Source of the DNA: a virus
Taxonomy: Duplodnaviria; Heunggongvirae; Uroviricota; Caudoviricetes
IMG/VR virus record: IMGVR_UViG_3300047483_000428
Direction: 5' to 3' (one strand)
DNA: 30,968 nt
In this document: positions 1 through 8,648 of the stretch, piece by piece
Layout of the letters: every line of letters starts with the position of its first letter
Numbering within the stretch: position 1 is the stretch's first letter
Translations under genes and position numbers: made by a program
The notes under the pieces: generated by a model
What the model was told of the DNA's origin: nothing
What the model saw: only the letters and a program-made list of their open reading frames with translations
The model's database searches: none

Positions 1-1659
1 GTTTGGAGTTTCTTCAACTTCATTGATGAGTTTACCAGAACCAACTCCACCTTCAGCATGTCCGACATAACCAGGAGGTGCGCCAATCAGTTTTGATACT
101 GAATGGGATTCCATATATTCTGACATGTCATACTTACGCAGCTTGACATTCAGGTTGTCAGCAAGTTGACGACATACTTCTGTCTTACCAGTTCCAGTTG
201 GTCCAACAAACAGGAACGAACCGACTGGTTTATTTCGTGGTCGCATACCAGCTTTAGCAACAAAGATTGCATCGGTCAATTGTTGAACTGCCGTATCTTG
301 TCCAAAGATTTTTGACTTGATATTATCTTCTAGCTTTTCGTAATTGGTGTTCTGTTTTGCATCAATCATATCAAGAGAGATATTCGCAATTTTTGAAATT
401 GCTTTGCGAATTTCATCATCGGTGATACGGTCAGTAGTCTTATGCAGCTTTGCTTGTGCGCCCGCTACGTCAATAACGTCAATAGCACGGTCTGGGTTGA
501 ACCTGTTGAAGATGTATCGTTCTGCCAAGTCAACGGCTAAGTCAAGAGCACTATCATCATACGATACATTATGAAATGCCTCGTAGTATTCGCGCAACCC
601 ACGAAGGATTAGCTTAGTGTCGGCATTGCTTGGTTGGTCAATATTCAGACGCTGGAAACGGCGCTGTAGAGCACGATCCTTTTCAAAGTTCTCACGGTAT
701 TCTTCACTGGTAGTTGCACCAATACAGTGCAGCTTTCCACTTGCCAACAATGGTTTTAGAAGGTTTGCAATGTCAATGTTAGACCCGCCAGCATTACCAG
801 CGCCCATAATCATATGGATTTCGTCAATAAACAGAATTGCGTTGTCTTTTTTGGCAAGTTGGTCAAACACAATCTTGGCACGTTCTTCAAACTCGCCACG
901 ATATTTGGTTCCCGCAACCATTGCAGTCACGTCAAGTGAATAGACAACCTTGTCTTCTAGGGTGTGCGGAACTGTTCCTTCCACAATCATAAGGGCAAGA
1001 CCTTCTGCGATTGCAGTTTTACCAACCCCTGGTTCGCCAACAATAATGACATTGTTCTTCTTGCGACGAGCAAGAACTTCTGCAACTTCTGTAAGTTCAC
1101 GAGTGCGGCCAACGATTGGGTCAATTAGACCTTCTGATGCTTGGCGGTTTAGGTTGGTGCAGAAGTCTTCAAAGCGAATTTGTTGATTTCCACCACCTGA
1201 AGCACCCTGTGGAGATAGACCAGCCGCCGCATTGTGTTCATTTGTAATAATTTCAATTGCTTTGTTGCGGTCTGCACCATGCTTCTTCAATACGAAGTAT
1301 GCATAGGAGTTCTTTTCACTCAGTAAAGAAATAAAGATATCTTTGCATACCAGTTTTGTGCTACCAGAGAAGATAGCTTGTGTCACAGCACGGTTGAATA
1401 CGCGGTCAAGGGCAAGTGTTTTTCTTGGTTCATGCCCATTTGCATTTGGAATGTCATCGCGTTCACGCAAAAAGGTTTCAAGGTCTGAAACGATAGAACC
1501 AACATCTACTCGCATCTTATTGAGGAAGGCTATTACATCATCTTCTTCCAGAATTGAATAGAGAAGGTGTTCCAAAGTCACGTATTCATGTGCAAGTGCG
1601 GTCGCTTTTTGAATTGCACGTTCAATGGAAAGATTTACACGGTCAGGTTGGTTGCTCAT
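1..1659 (-). CDS. clpA: ClpA-type Hsp100 AAA+ chaperone, N-terminal 553 aa (runs off window start; absent from ORF track)
   Basis: Manual translation from ATG 1659: Clp N-domain (AHEYVTLEHLL), NBD1 Walker A GEPGVGKT and Walker B LFIDEIH, NBD2 Walker A GPTGTGKT, DMSEYMESHSVSKLIGAPPGYVG. No long ClpB middle domain is apparent. Confidence 0.92.
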   Translation of the reverse strand, partial: MSNQPDRVNLSIERAIQKATALAHEYVTLEHLLYSILEEDDVIAFLNKMRVDVGSIVSDLETFLRERDDIPNANGHEPRKTLALDRVFNRAVTQAIFSGSTKLVCKDIFISLLSEKNSYAYFVLKKHGADRNKAIEIITNEHNAAAGLSPQGASGGGNQQIRFEDFCTNLNRQASEGLIDPIVGRTRELTEVAEVLARRKKNNVIIVGEPGVGKTAIAEGLALMIVEGTVPHTLEDKVVYSLDVTAMVAGTKYRGEFEERAKIVFDQLAKKDNAILFIDEIHMIMGAGNAGGSNIDIANLLKPLLASGKLHCIGATTSEEYRENFEKDRALQRRFQRLNIDQPSNADTKLILRGLREYYEAFHNVSYDDSALDLAVDLAERYIFNRFNPDRAIDVIDVAGAQAKLHKTTDRITDDEIRKAISKIANISLDMIDAKQNTNYEKLEDNIKSKIFGQDTAVQQLTDAIFVAKAGMRPRNKPVGSFLFVGPTGTGKTEVCRQLADNLNVKLRKYDMSEYMESHSVSKLIGAPPGYVGHAEGGVGSGKLINEVEETPN

Positions 1660-2041
1660 TTTTGTCCTTGATTTTCACTAATAGGGTTAGGTTTGGCAAA
1701 ATGTTTTCTACTTTGATGGTATCGCCAACTCTTGTTTGATATGGAACGAATACTTCAACTTGATACTTATCAATTTCTATAAGTATGTTTTCTCCAAGAT
1801 AGTCTTTCAACTCTTTGTGAGAAGTGTATATTGTCGTTTTGAATATTTGGGAAGATGGCGGAAGATTGGATAAGGTTTCATACGCTTCAACTATCTGTCT
1901 AAACTTTTCGGTATCGCCACCAATGTCTGGGTGATATTTTTTGACAAGTTCATTGAATCGTTGTTTTAGTTCATCGGATGTGAAGTTAGTTGGTAGTTCA
2001 AATAGTTTGATTGATTCAGTCGGTGACATAGTAGCGTTCAT
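1643..2041 (-). CDS. J-domain (DnaJ-like) co-chaperone
   Basis: ELKQRFNELVKKYHPDIGGD with HPD motif. The C-terminal part resembles a DnaJ C-terminal strand (VEVFVP...GDTIKV). Start uncertain (2029, 2041 or 2086). Confidence 0.85.
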   Translation of the reverse strand: MNATMSPTESIKLFELPTNFTSDELKQRFNELVKKYHPDIGGDTEKFRQIVEAYETLSNLPPSSQIFKTTIYTSHKELKDYLGENILIEIDKYQVEVFVPYQTRVGDTIKVENILPNLTLLVKIKDKNEQPT

Positions 2042-2384
2042 ACGCAGCAATGATACTCTTTTGTTGTGAAACAAGTTCCAGAACACTTGCCATGTTCAGG
2101 CTCAATTGTTCATATCCATTTGCATCTATTGCAAAGAGAACGACAGACTTACCATTCTTTTCCAAGTCGTTGAATACCTCATCTACGTTTTCACGAGTAA
2201 CAACGATATAGTCAACAGTTTTTAGATTGAGGGTTGATATTTTTGGCAAAACCAATGCTGGCTTTGGAGTTGGAACCGCAGAGTATGTGACTGGTTCTGG
2301 CTTTGGAGAACAAGCACTAAGGACGGTAATTGGGATTAGCAATGTCAGTGCAACTGAGATTGATTTCACTTGGTTTCGTAGCAT
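2016..2384 (-). CDS. Lipoprotein, o-spanin (Rz1)-like
   Basis: Hydrophobic signal ending in lipobox LSA-C, Pro-rich segment after the Cys; overlaps the 3' end of a TM/coiled-coil gene. Confidence 0.65.
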   Translation of the reverse strand: MLRNQVKSISVALTLLIPITVLSACSPKPEPVTYSAVPTPKPALVLPKISTLNLKTVDYIVVTRENVDEVFNDLEKNGKSVVLFAIDANGYEQLSLNMASVLELVSQQKSIIAAYERYYVTD

Positions 2385-2802
2385 TCAATTCTTCCTGTGT
2401 TAGTGGGCTTCCACTTTGTATTTCAAAACATCTTAGCACATCTTGGCTTGCTTTGTCAATGATTTTTTCTACTAACTTTGGTTTTGATTGTGCTAAAAAA
2501 CCAAGGTCGTGCTCACTTAGTTTTTCTTCAAGTGCTGCCACGCGGTCTGATGCAATGGAAAAATCTTTTTGGGTTTTCTCAAATTCAGTTCGAATTTCTT
2601 CTATGTTTTTTTGTAGTTCTTTTAGAGTTGCTTCGGCAGATTGTTGTGCTTGTTCTGCAAGTGCAGCATTAGTGCGATACGTCTGTATTTGATCCTGAGT
2701 GTATGTATAATACTTCCAAGCACCAAACGATGCCAGTCCCAATACTAATGTTACGATTGAACCAACAATCAAATATTTCTTTATGTTATTAAATGCAAAC
2801 AT
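2317..2802 (-). CDS. Inner-membrane coiled-coil protein, i-spanin (Rz)-like
   Basis: Single N-terminal TM helix, long coiled coil, two C-terminal Cys; overlaps the lipoprotein gene. Confidence 0.65.
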   Translation of the reverse strand: MFAFNNIKKYLIVGSIVTLVLGLASFGAWKYYTYTQDQIQTYRTNAALAEQAQQSAEATLKELQKNIEEIRTEFEKTQKDFSIASDRVAALEEKLSEHDLGFLAQSKPKLVEKIIDKASQDVLRCFEIQSGSPLTQEELNATKPSEINLSCTDIANPNYRP

Positions 2803-3020
2803 TACTTATACCTATACGTTATTCGACCTTTACTTAGATCATATGGGGTCATTTCCATTTTTACTTTGTCATACAATATCACTTTGATATTATTGGTTCT
2901 CATTTTACCAGACAAAATACCTTCAACTTCATGCCCATTGTCAAGTTTAACACGAAATCTACCATTTGGCAACACGTCAATTACTTGACCTTCAACTTCT
3001 ATCGATTCTTCTTTAGCCAT
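2802..3020 (-). CDS. infA: Translation initiation factor IF-1
   Basis: 72 aa [11 protein letters not shown]...SGKMR...[14 protein letters not shown], closely matching bacterial IF-1; start at ATG 3020 rather than track start 3080. Confidence 0.95.
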   Translation of the reverse strand: MAKEESIEVEGQVIDVLPNGRFRVKLDNGHEVEGILSGKMRTNNIKVILYDKVKMEMTPYDLSKGRITYRYK

Positions 3021-3412
3021 TCTTTGATTTGCTTCTCCGTTATTGTTACTTTGCTTCCAGAAAAGAACTGTAGGTTCCATTCTTCAACATTGCATAGCTG
3101 CCCCGCATCTAGCAATATTTCAAACACCGTTTTCATCATTTCCAAGTTATTTTTGATTTCAATGAAAACAAGGTAGAACCCCGAATCATCTGGGTTTGGA
3201 GAAACTTCGGTATCAATAACTTTAGTAGCGCCTTTTTCTATAAACCCTGCCAAGTCCTGTGCTGGTGGTTCATCAGCAACATAAAATGCAAGAACGGTAA
3301 CTTCATCTGCGCCACCAGTCTTTGGTTCAAACTCAGCAATACTTACGTCCCTTTTCACTAGGGATTGCAAGTCGCCTTTTTCTACACCTTCTACAATTTT
3401 ACGGCGTTTCAT
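2999..3412 (-). CDS. Hypothetical protein
   Basis: 137-aa ORF coupled to the upstream gene by ATGA overlap. Confidence 0.75.
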   Translation of the reverse strand: MKRRKIVEGVEKGDLQSLVKRDVSIAEFEPKTGGADEVTVLAFYVADEPPAQDLAGFIEKGATKVIDTEVSPNPDDSGFYLVFIEIKNNLEMMKTVFEILLDAGQLCNVEEWNLQFFSGSKVTITEKQIKEWLKKNR

Positions 3413-3927
3413 TTTGAACCTCCTTGATTTTCAATATTGGTTTCATCATCAAGTCCATCATCATATGCTTGGTTTAGTTCATCTACATCAACGGAATCAC
3501 CATCCACATTGATTTTATCATCGGTGAACTCATCAATGAAACGTCTTGGCATCCATACATCAATCAGCCAAACTTTATGCTTCTTGAGTTTTGGTCTGTT
3601 GTTCTCATCCAAATCTTCGCGAGATTTGACATCAACGGGAACTTTCAAAATGCCTTTTTTGAACTCTACTTCGCAGCCAAGTTCCACTAAACGTCTTGCA
3701 CCCTTTGGGTCTGGCATCTTCTTATATGGATACATCAGCTTTACATAAAGCCAGTAACGAGAAAGGGATGGACCTTCTATTACTTCGCCATATTTCCAGT
3801 TATCATATACATACAGCCCTTGCTTATCAAAGACATGCTCAAATTCCAATAGCATATCAAGCAAAGTTCCGTTTGCATCAATATCTCGTAGATTGTCTAA
3901 AACATCTTCATTATCTATTTCTGACAT
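3409..3927 (-). CDS. Hypothetical protein
   Basis: 172-aa ORF with GGAG RBS, downstream of a GATAAATAC element. Confidence 0.8.
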   Translation of the reverse strand: MSEIDNEDVLDNLRDIDANGTLLDMLLEFEHVFDKQGLYVYDNWKYGEVIEGPSLSRYWLYVKLMYPYKKMPDPKGARRLVELGCEVEFKKGILKVPVDVKSREDLDENNRPKLKKHKVWLIDVWMPRRFIDEFTDDKINVDGDSVDVDELNQAYDDGLDDETNIENQGGSK

Positions 3928-4002
3928 ACATATTCTCCGTCAATTATAATGTATTTATCCATGGTTTATAATAATAAATATTTTTACAATATGGAGAAGC
4001 CT

Positions 4003-4230
4003 ATGACTGAAAACCCAAAACTTATTATTAGTATTGATGAAATTTACGATATGAGAGACCGCAAACGTCTTGAATTAGAATATTATACCAAACAACTGCT
4101 TGAATTACAAGAGAAAATGTCTTTCATTCGTCGCGAAATAGTATTGACTGAGACTATCATAAAGTTAGTTGAGAGTGACAAAGTGATAGATTTGATCAAC
4201 AGTGACACGTTCATGCTTCCCAAAAAATAA
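4003..4230 (+). CDS. Small coiled-coil hypothetical protein
   Basis: GGAG RBS before ATG 4003; heptad-like Leu/Glu pattern. Confidence 0.65.
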   Translation: MTENPKLIISIDEIYDMRDRKRLELEYYTKQLLELQEKMSFIRREIVLTETIIKLVESDKVIDLINSDTFMLPKK

Positions 4231-4319
4231 GGTATAATGGCAACCTTTGATTGAAAAAATGATAAGTAATAGTGAGTTAGTAAAAACTCATCTGAAAATC
4301 CCCCAACGGAGGAAAAAAT

Positions 4320-5072
4320 ATGGCACGAAAAAAGCGTGTTGAACGACAACCACAGCGAGTCAGCCATGAGACTCGTTCGTATGAATCAAATGGCGGTGTA
4401 GTTCCTCTGCACAGAAAAACAATCCCAACAATATTGCCCAGAAATGTGGCACAAGAAGATTACCTATATCAGTTGGCCGACCCACAAAACAACATAGTTT
4501 TTGCGATTGGTCCAGCAGGAACAGGTAAGACCCTTCTTTGCACACAGATGGGCGTAAAGGCTTTTATGGAAAGAGAGGTGAAGAAGATTGTTATTACTCG
4601 TCCAGCCGTATCGGTAGACGAGCAACATGGTTTCTTACCAGGAGACCTAAACGAAAAGATGGCTCCTTGGACAAGACCAATATTTGATATACTTGAAAAA
4701 CACTTCACAGTAGATCAAATCACGATGATGTTAGAAAATCATATCATCGAAATCGCGCCACTCGCTTATATGCGCGGTAGAACATTTGAAGACTCTTGGA
4801 TTATTGCAGATGAAATGCAAAACGCTACCAAGTCTCAAATGAAGATGCTTCTAACACGTATCGGAAATAATACTAAGATGATAGTCACCGGAGACCTAAA
4901 GCAGCATGATCGCGGATTTTCAGAGAATGGTCTTTCCGATTTTATGGACTTGGTAAAACGATACGAAATGGCAAACCTAAAACATATTGCTATTTCCAGA
5001 TTCGATATGATGGACGTTGAACGCCATCCTGCCGTAGTTGAAGTTCTAAAAATATACGGAGAAGACGACTAA
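4320..5072 (+). CDS. phoH: PhoH family ATPase
   Basis: GPAGTGKT, ITRPAV, GFLPG, MRGRTF, IIADEMQN, GDLKQHD, RHP motifs. Confidence 0.95.
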   Translation: MARKKRVERQPQRVSHETRSYESNGGVVPLHRKTIPTILPRNVAQEDYLYQLADPQNNIVFAIGPAGTGKTLLCTQMGVKAFMEREVKKIVITRPAVSVDEQHGFLPGDLNEKMAPWTRPIFDILEKHFTVDQITMMLENHIIEIAPLAYMRGRTFEDSWIIADEMQNATKSQMKMLLTRIGNNTKMIVTGDLKQHDRGFSENGLSDFMDLVKRYEMANLKHIAISRFDMMDVERHPAVVEVLKIYGEDD

Positions 5073-5098
5073 AAAAAGGGGGCATCAGCCCCCTTTTT
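5073..5098. terminator. Bidirectional intrinsic terminator between convergent phoH and the HD gene
   Basis: AAAAAGGGGGC-ATCA-GCCCCCTTTTT; the HD gene stop codon lies in the loop. Confidence 0.85.
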
Positions 5099-5546
5099 CA
5101 ACTTCTTGAAGTTTTGCCATAATTTCAAGATAGAACCGATGGTATTTTTCCATACGGACAATATCCTTTTCAGTCACACCTTTCAGGCGACGAACATCAG
5201 TATTGTGGCGAAGATCGCACATCTTGACTTTCATGGCATCAACGTTTGAGAAAACACCCTCTTTGTATTCTTCATACGTCTGGCCAGGAACTTTGGTCAA
5301 CGCACGAATACCATTGATGACACGCTCACTGATACCAGCATCACGCAAGTCTTTGTAAGTTACTTTCGTGTCTTCAATCACGTCATGACCAAGAGCGATG
5401 CACTGAAGTTCTTCGTCATTCGTTTTCAGATAATGCATCACTTTCATCGGATGCAGAATGTAAGGAGTGCCACCACGATCAAACTGCCCATCATGGGCGT
5501 TGGTGGCAATCAGAATCATCTTACTGAGCATTTCACCTTTTTTCAT
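5085..5546 (-). CDS. Stand-alone RelA/SpoT-type HD hydrolase (small alarmone hydrolase/Mesh1-like)
   Basis: AHDGQFDRGGTPYILHP, GHDVIEDT, KMCDLRHN motifs. Confidence 0.85.
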   Translation of the reverse strand: MKKGEMLSKMILIATNAHDGQFDRGGTPYILHPMKVMHYLKTNDEELQCIALGHDVIEDTKVTYKDLRDAGISERVINGIRALTKVPGQTYEEYKEGVFSNVDAMKVKMCDLRHNTDVRRLKGVTEKDIVRMEKYHRFYLEIMAKLQEVEKGG

Positions 5547-5570
5547 CTTCTTCTCCTTTGTTACAGTTAT

Positions 5571-5599
5571 ATCCTATCAGCGATAGAAAGCACTGTCAA
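5571..5599 (-). promoter_or_regulatory. Sigma70-type promoter, no GANTC box
   Basis: TTGACA-17-TAGGAT upstream of the HD gene. Confidence 0.75.
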
Positions 5600-5739
5600 C
5601 GTGTTTTTTGAAGAATCTCAGAAAGTTCAAGGATTTCCTCAATGTCATCAGCATAAAGATTCATAAACTGTTTCAAGAACTCGTTTTCTTCATCTTCAAA
5701 CTCATCGTTTACTGCTTCGGTGTTGGGATTTGTTCGCAT
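5596..5739 (-). CDS. 47-aa acidic protein (below ORF track cutoff)
   Basis: MRTNPNTEAVNDEFEDEENEFLKQFMNLYADDIEEILELSEILQKTR; fills a gap and its stop overlaps the next -35. Confidence 0.5.
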   Translation of the reverse strand: MRTNPNTEAVNDEFEDEENEFLKQFMNLYADDIEEILELSEILQKTR

Positions 5740-5915
5740 GTTTTCAGCACTTCCATTACTTCTTTTGCGGGGATTGGTGATTCTACTAAGTCGCCGTTTG
5801 CGTCAATGATATACTTTATGTTGTTGTTATAGATGGTGTCAATACTGTCCAACTTTACAAACGAGTGATCTCCGATTTGGAGCCAAAAAAAGCCAGCAAT
5901 GAGGATGCAAGTCAT
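5709..5915 (-). CDS. Hypothetical protein
   Basis: ATG 2 nt after the RNA ligase stop; 68 aa. Confidence 0.55.
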   Translation of the reverse strand: MTCILIAGFFWLQIGDHSFVKLDSIDTIYNNNIKYIIDANGDLVESPIPAKEVMEVLKTCEQIPTPKQ

Positions 5916-5916
5916 C

Positions 5917-7044
5917 TTACATCCCCATCCACACGGCACACTCATCCCACCGAGTGTTGGTGGTCAGGTGCTTTTCAATGTGCTTCAAGATCATTTCACG
6001 ACCGTCTTTGCCGACGAAACGACCAAACACATACTGCGGAGCAAACGAGTCATTCTTCTGAATCGTAGGCATCCATTCTTGAGCATAACGCTTACGGTCA
6101 AGACCAGAAGCTACAACAGTGTTGTAATACCGATCATAACCTTCAATCAGCGCATGCAAACGTTCAGCAAACCGCTGTTCAAACTTCTCAATGCGTTCTT
6201 TCGTAGCATTGGGCAGCAGACCAACAGCATCATCGATTTCCTCATTCAGAATGAGAGCAACGATGTTACGGTCAAACGTCACACGGTCCAAAGTCTTGTG
6301 AATACGAACATACCAGTCGTTTTTGATTTTGATCATATGACCATCAGCAAAACGAATGATGTCGCCCTCGCGGTTTTCACGCTCACGAGCCTTGGCAATG
6401 TAGTCCGACAGCGATTCGTTTACCGAACCATAGACAGGAACCACATTGAAGGGAACATGACGATTGAACGGAACGTATTCGCCAGTCAAGTTGTCACGAA
6501 TAGCCAACAGAACCAAGTCTGCGGTTTCATACGGCAACACAATCTGATTGTCGGGAGCAACATACTCAAAGATAGGAGTTTTGTTGTCGGCAATCATGAT
6601 TTCAATGAACTGAATCCGTTCTTCGTTCAGCAACTTTTCTGCATCTTCTGCAATATCAGTCACCCCCATCTTGGTGCCAAGACGGAACGAACCATTCAGG
6701 GGAACTGGACGAATCATAGAACCATCCATCTTTTCCATGATGGTATGCGGAGCAGAAATATCAATCTCGTTGGATTGCGTTTCAGGACGTTCATTCACGT
6801 TGAAGAACTTATGAAACGGACGAGAAATCAGTTTGCCTTCTTTGTCAAAGATCAAGCCGCGACATTCACGACGAATAGCACCACCAAGGTCTTCGGGACC
6901 ATCCATGTCAAACGTGTCAATCATAGACACAGCATAGTTGATGACAGTGTAGTCGCCCTTGTCGGCAACGATGAACTCGTCACGGCCCTCAATATGAGGC
7001 AACACGTCATTGATAGTGCGGATTTCAGGGAACTTATATTTCAT
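5917..7044 (-). CDS. RNA ligase, T4 Rnl1 family
   Basis: RECRGLIFD, RPFHKFFN, motif I EKMDGS, FEY, EGDII (motif IV), MIKIK (motif V). Confidence 0.9.
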   Translation of the reverse strand: MKYKFPEIRTINDVLPHIEGRDEFIVADKGDYTVINYAVSMIDTFDMDGPEDLGGAIRRECRGLIFDKEGKLISRPFHKFFNVNERPETQSNEIDISAPHTIMEKMDGSMIRPVPLNGSFRLGTKMGVTDIAEDAEKLLNEERIQFIEIMIADNKTPIFEYVAPDNQIVLPYETADLVLLAIRDNLTGEYVPFNRHVPFNVVPVYGSVNESLSDYIAKARERENREGDIIRFADGHMIKIKNDWYVRIHKTLDRVTFDRNIVALILNEEIDDAVGLLPNATKERIEKFEQRFAERLHALIEGYDRYYNTVVASGLDRKRYAQEWMPTIQKNDSFAPQYVFGRFVGKDGREMILKHIEKHLTTNTRWDECAVWMGM

Positions 7045-7071
7045 GGTGGTGCCTCTCTGTCTTACTCAAGC

Positions 7072-7100
7072 AACATAGCATAGACACACAACAGTGTCAA
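7072..7100 (-). promoter_or_regulatory. Sigma70-type promoter, no GANTC box
   Basis: TTGACA-17-TATGTT with extended TG, upstream of the RNA ligase. Confidence 0.75.
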
Positions 7101-7111
7101 TATGTTTTTTC

Positions 7112-7309
7112 TTATTCGATCCAAGTTTTTGCATCAATCACAGAACCGCAAGACTTGCAGTATGTGATGTAAACAGTATATGAAAATCCTGCTTGCACTG
7201 TGATTATGTCTTTGAACTTTTCTGCAAAGACATGATTACTTTCGTTTTTGCAGCAATCGTTTATCATTGGAGTATCTGGGTTCTCCATACAGTTATTACA
7301 ATCATCCAT
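7112..7309 (-). CDS. Small Cys-rich protein, possible Zn binder
   Basis: CNNC, CC...H and CKSC motifs in 65 aa. Confidence 0.6.
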   Translation of the reverse strand: MDDCNNCMENPDTPMINDCCKNESNHVFAEKFKDIITVQAGFSYTVYITYCKSCGSVIDAKTWIE

Positions 7310-7335
7310 TTTATAACTCCTTTCTTTACCTTACA

Positions 7336-7363
7336 ACTATATACAATTTTCAAAAAATGTCAA
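7336..7363 (-). promoter_or_regulatory. Sigma70-type promoter, no GANTC box
   Basis: TTGACA-16-TATAGT. Confidence 0.6.
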
Positions 7364-7887
7364 GCGGCTTTGTATTCGGCAAAGAACATTTCTTTACCTT
7401 TCGCACAAAGATGGAGAGTAGAAAACCAAGCATCAAACGACTGAATGTTTTCATTCACATTGAAGCCCACTTCGGCAAACCGTTCTGCTTTTTTCAGATA
7501 TTTCCGAACCTTGGCTTCCAGCCGAACAACGGCGTTTGATTTTTCAGCGGGCGGCGAAGGACGAAACTTTTCAGCATCCTTGGTTCCACGATTGTTATTA
7601 CAAGCATAGCAAGATGCAGCAAGGTTTTCCCATTCGTTGGTTCCACCTTTTGATTTCGGAATGACATGCTCAACGGTTACGCTGTTGCGTTTACCATGAA
7701 CTTCGTGCATATAGCAACCGCAGAAGCAGCATTTCCAGTTCTGTGCTTCTGCGAGACGAGTTCGAAGATAAACCCATTTTGATTGTTTGTGCGCCAACCG
7801 AGCAGTCAACGAGTCTTCATACATTTTACGAAAATATTTCGCATCATTCGGAGTCTCGTTGATGATCGGCAGAACGTCAAACTTCAT
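7360..7887 (-). CDS. HNH endonuclease
   Basis: CCFCG...VTVEHVIPKSKGGTNEWENLAASCYACNNNRG. Confidence 0.9.
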   Translation of the reverse strand: MKFDVLPIINETPNDAKYFRKMYEDSLTARLAHKQSKWVYLRTRLAEAQNWKCCFCGCYMHEVHGKRNSVTVEHVIPKSKGGTNEWENLAASCYACNNNRGTKDAEKFRPSPPAEKSNAVVRLEAKVRKYLKKAERFAEVGFNVNENIQSFDAWFSTLHLCAKGKEMFFAEYKAA

Positions 7888-7914
7888 ATCTGGTTCCTCT
7901 CTGGATACAGATTA

Positions 7915-7943
7915 TGTATACAGTGATTCGTTCCGAATGTCAA
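7915..7943 (-). promoter_or_regulatory. GANTC-box promoter
   Basis: TTGACA-7-CGAATCA-3-TATACA; box at 7924-7930. Confidence 0.8.
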
Positions 7944-8344
7944 CCATTGAATGCCAGATTAAATGCGGCAGTTTCCTTTTCTTCATAATCTTCGTCAGAT
8001 GAAACATCAAAGCTATATCGAACCGCAGCCTTGATCTGGTCCCCAAACGCATTCACCAATCCATCGGTCCACCGATTAATGATGTCTTCCATTTGAGTTT
8101 CATCGGCTTCATAGATGCTGTAACCGTGGCGGGAACATTTGTCGTCTTGAAGTCCGTAGTAGTCATGAGTTACAGTATCGTATTCAATATCTTCTTGTAA
8201 TAGTGCTACTGCGCCAGACGATTGGCCAATATCGTCTTCTAACTCTTTGTTGCCTTCAAACACAACCATAACAAAGTTATCGGGTTCATCCTCGTTGTCA
8301 CGAAAATAGTTTGTGTGGAAACTCAACTCAAACATATAGCGCAT
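7940..8344 (-). CDS. Acidic hypothetical protein
   Basis: AGGAG RBS before ATG 8344 (track start 8392). Confidence 0.7.
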   Translation of the reverse strand: MRYMFELSFHTNYFRDNEDEPDNFVMVVFEGNKELEDDIGQSSGAVALLQEDIEYDTVTHDYYGLQDDKCSRHGYSIYEADETQMEDIINRWTDGLVNAFGDQIKAAVRYSFDVSSDEDYEEKETAAFNLAFNG

Positions 8345-8366
8345 GGTAGTATCTCCTGTTGTGTAA

Positions 8367-8648
8367 TCAGTTTTGCTTTGACGCAGCATCAAGCAGCGCC
8401 ATCATTGTTTCGCCCATAAACCTTTGACTATCGGCAAGGTCAAGGTTGATCAGTTCAGCGTCATTGCCTTGGATTTGTTTACGGGAGTGTTCAATATCTG
8501 TGGCTAGGACTTCTAGGTCTTCTGCGAGAGTGGGATGCAGATAAGAAACCGCACGAGCAATAGATTGAAGTTCAAATACCGCACTCTGAATACGGCGGTG
8601 AGAGGCGGAAGTATCCCGCCACAGTGCTTCGCGTTTCGCATCCATCAT
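8367..8648 (-). CDS. Hypothetical protein
   Basis: 93-aa helical ORF coupled to the upstream gene. Confidence 0.7.
   Translation of the reverse strand: MMDAKREALWRDTSASHRRIQSAVFELQSIARAVSYLHPTLAEDLEVLATDIEHSRKQIQGNDAELINLDLADSQRFMGETMMALLDAASKQN

Noticed and set aside
344-1739. Plus-strand ORFs over clpA, and similar plus-strand ORFs throughout the window
   Set aside because: They are antisense to confident minus-strand genes, with no RBS or promoter support and no family motifs.
4233-4238. TATAAT upstream of phoH as a sigma70 -10
   Set aside because: Only a weak TTCATG lies at the 17-bp position; not reported as a promoter.
7053-7059. Other CAGAGAG occurrences (near 7053, 7898, 22633) as extra copies of the NAD leader
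   Set aside because: They serve as or abut the Shine-Dalgarno, have at most a 3-bp stem and lack the second hairpin. They do show that AGAGA is common here, which is a caveat for the leader finding.
5899-7083. 394-aa plus-strand ORF antisense to the RNA ligase
   Set aside because: Mirrors a well-supported gene codon for codon; no recognisable motifs. Typical shadow ORF from codon bias.
7360-7887. HNH gene as an intron-encoded homing endonuclease
   Set aside because: It is free-standing with its own promoter, no interrupted host gene flanks it, and no group I intron core was recognised.
8604-8620. GGCGG-aagtatc-CCGCC hairpin, possible tRNA arm or terminator
   Set aside because: Inside a CDS, no U-tract, and no cloverleaf can be built around it.
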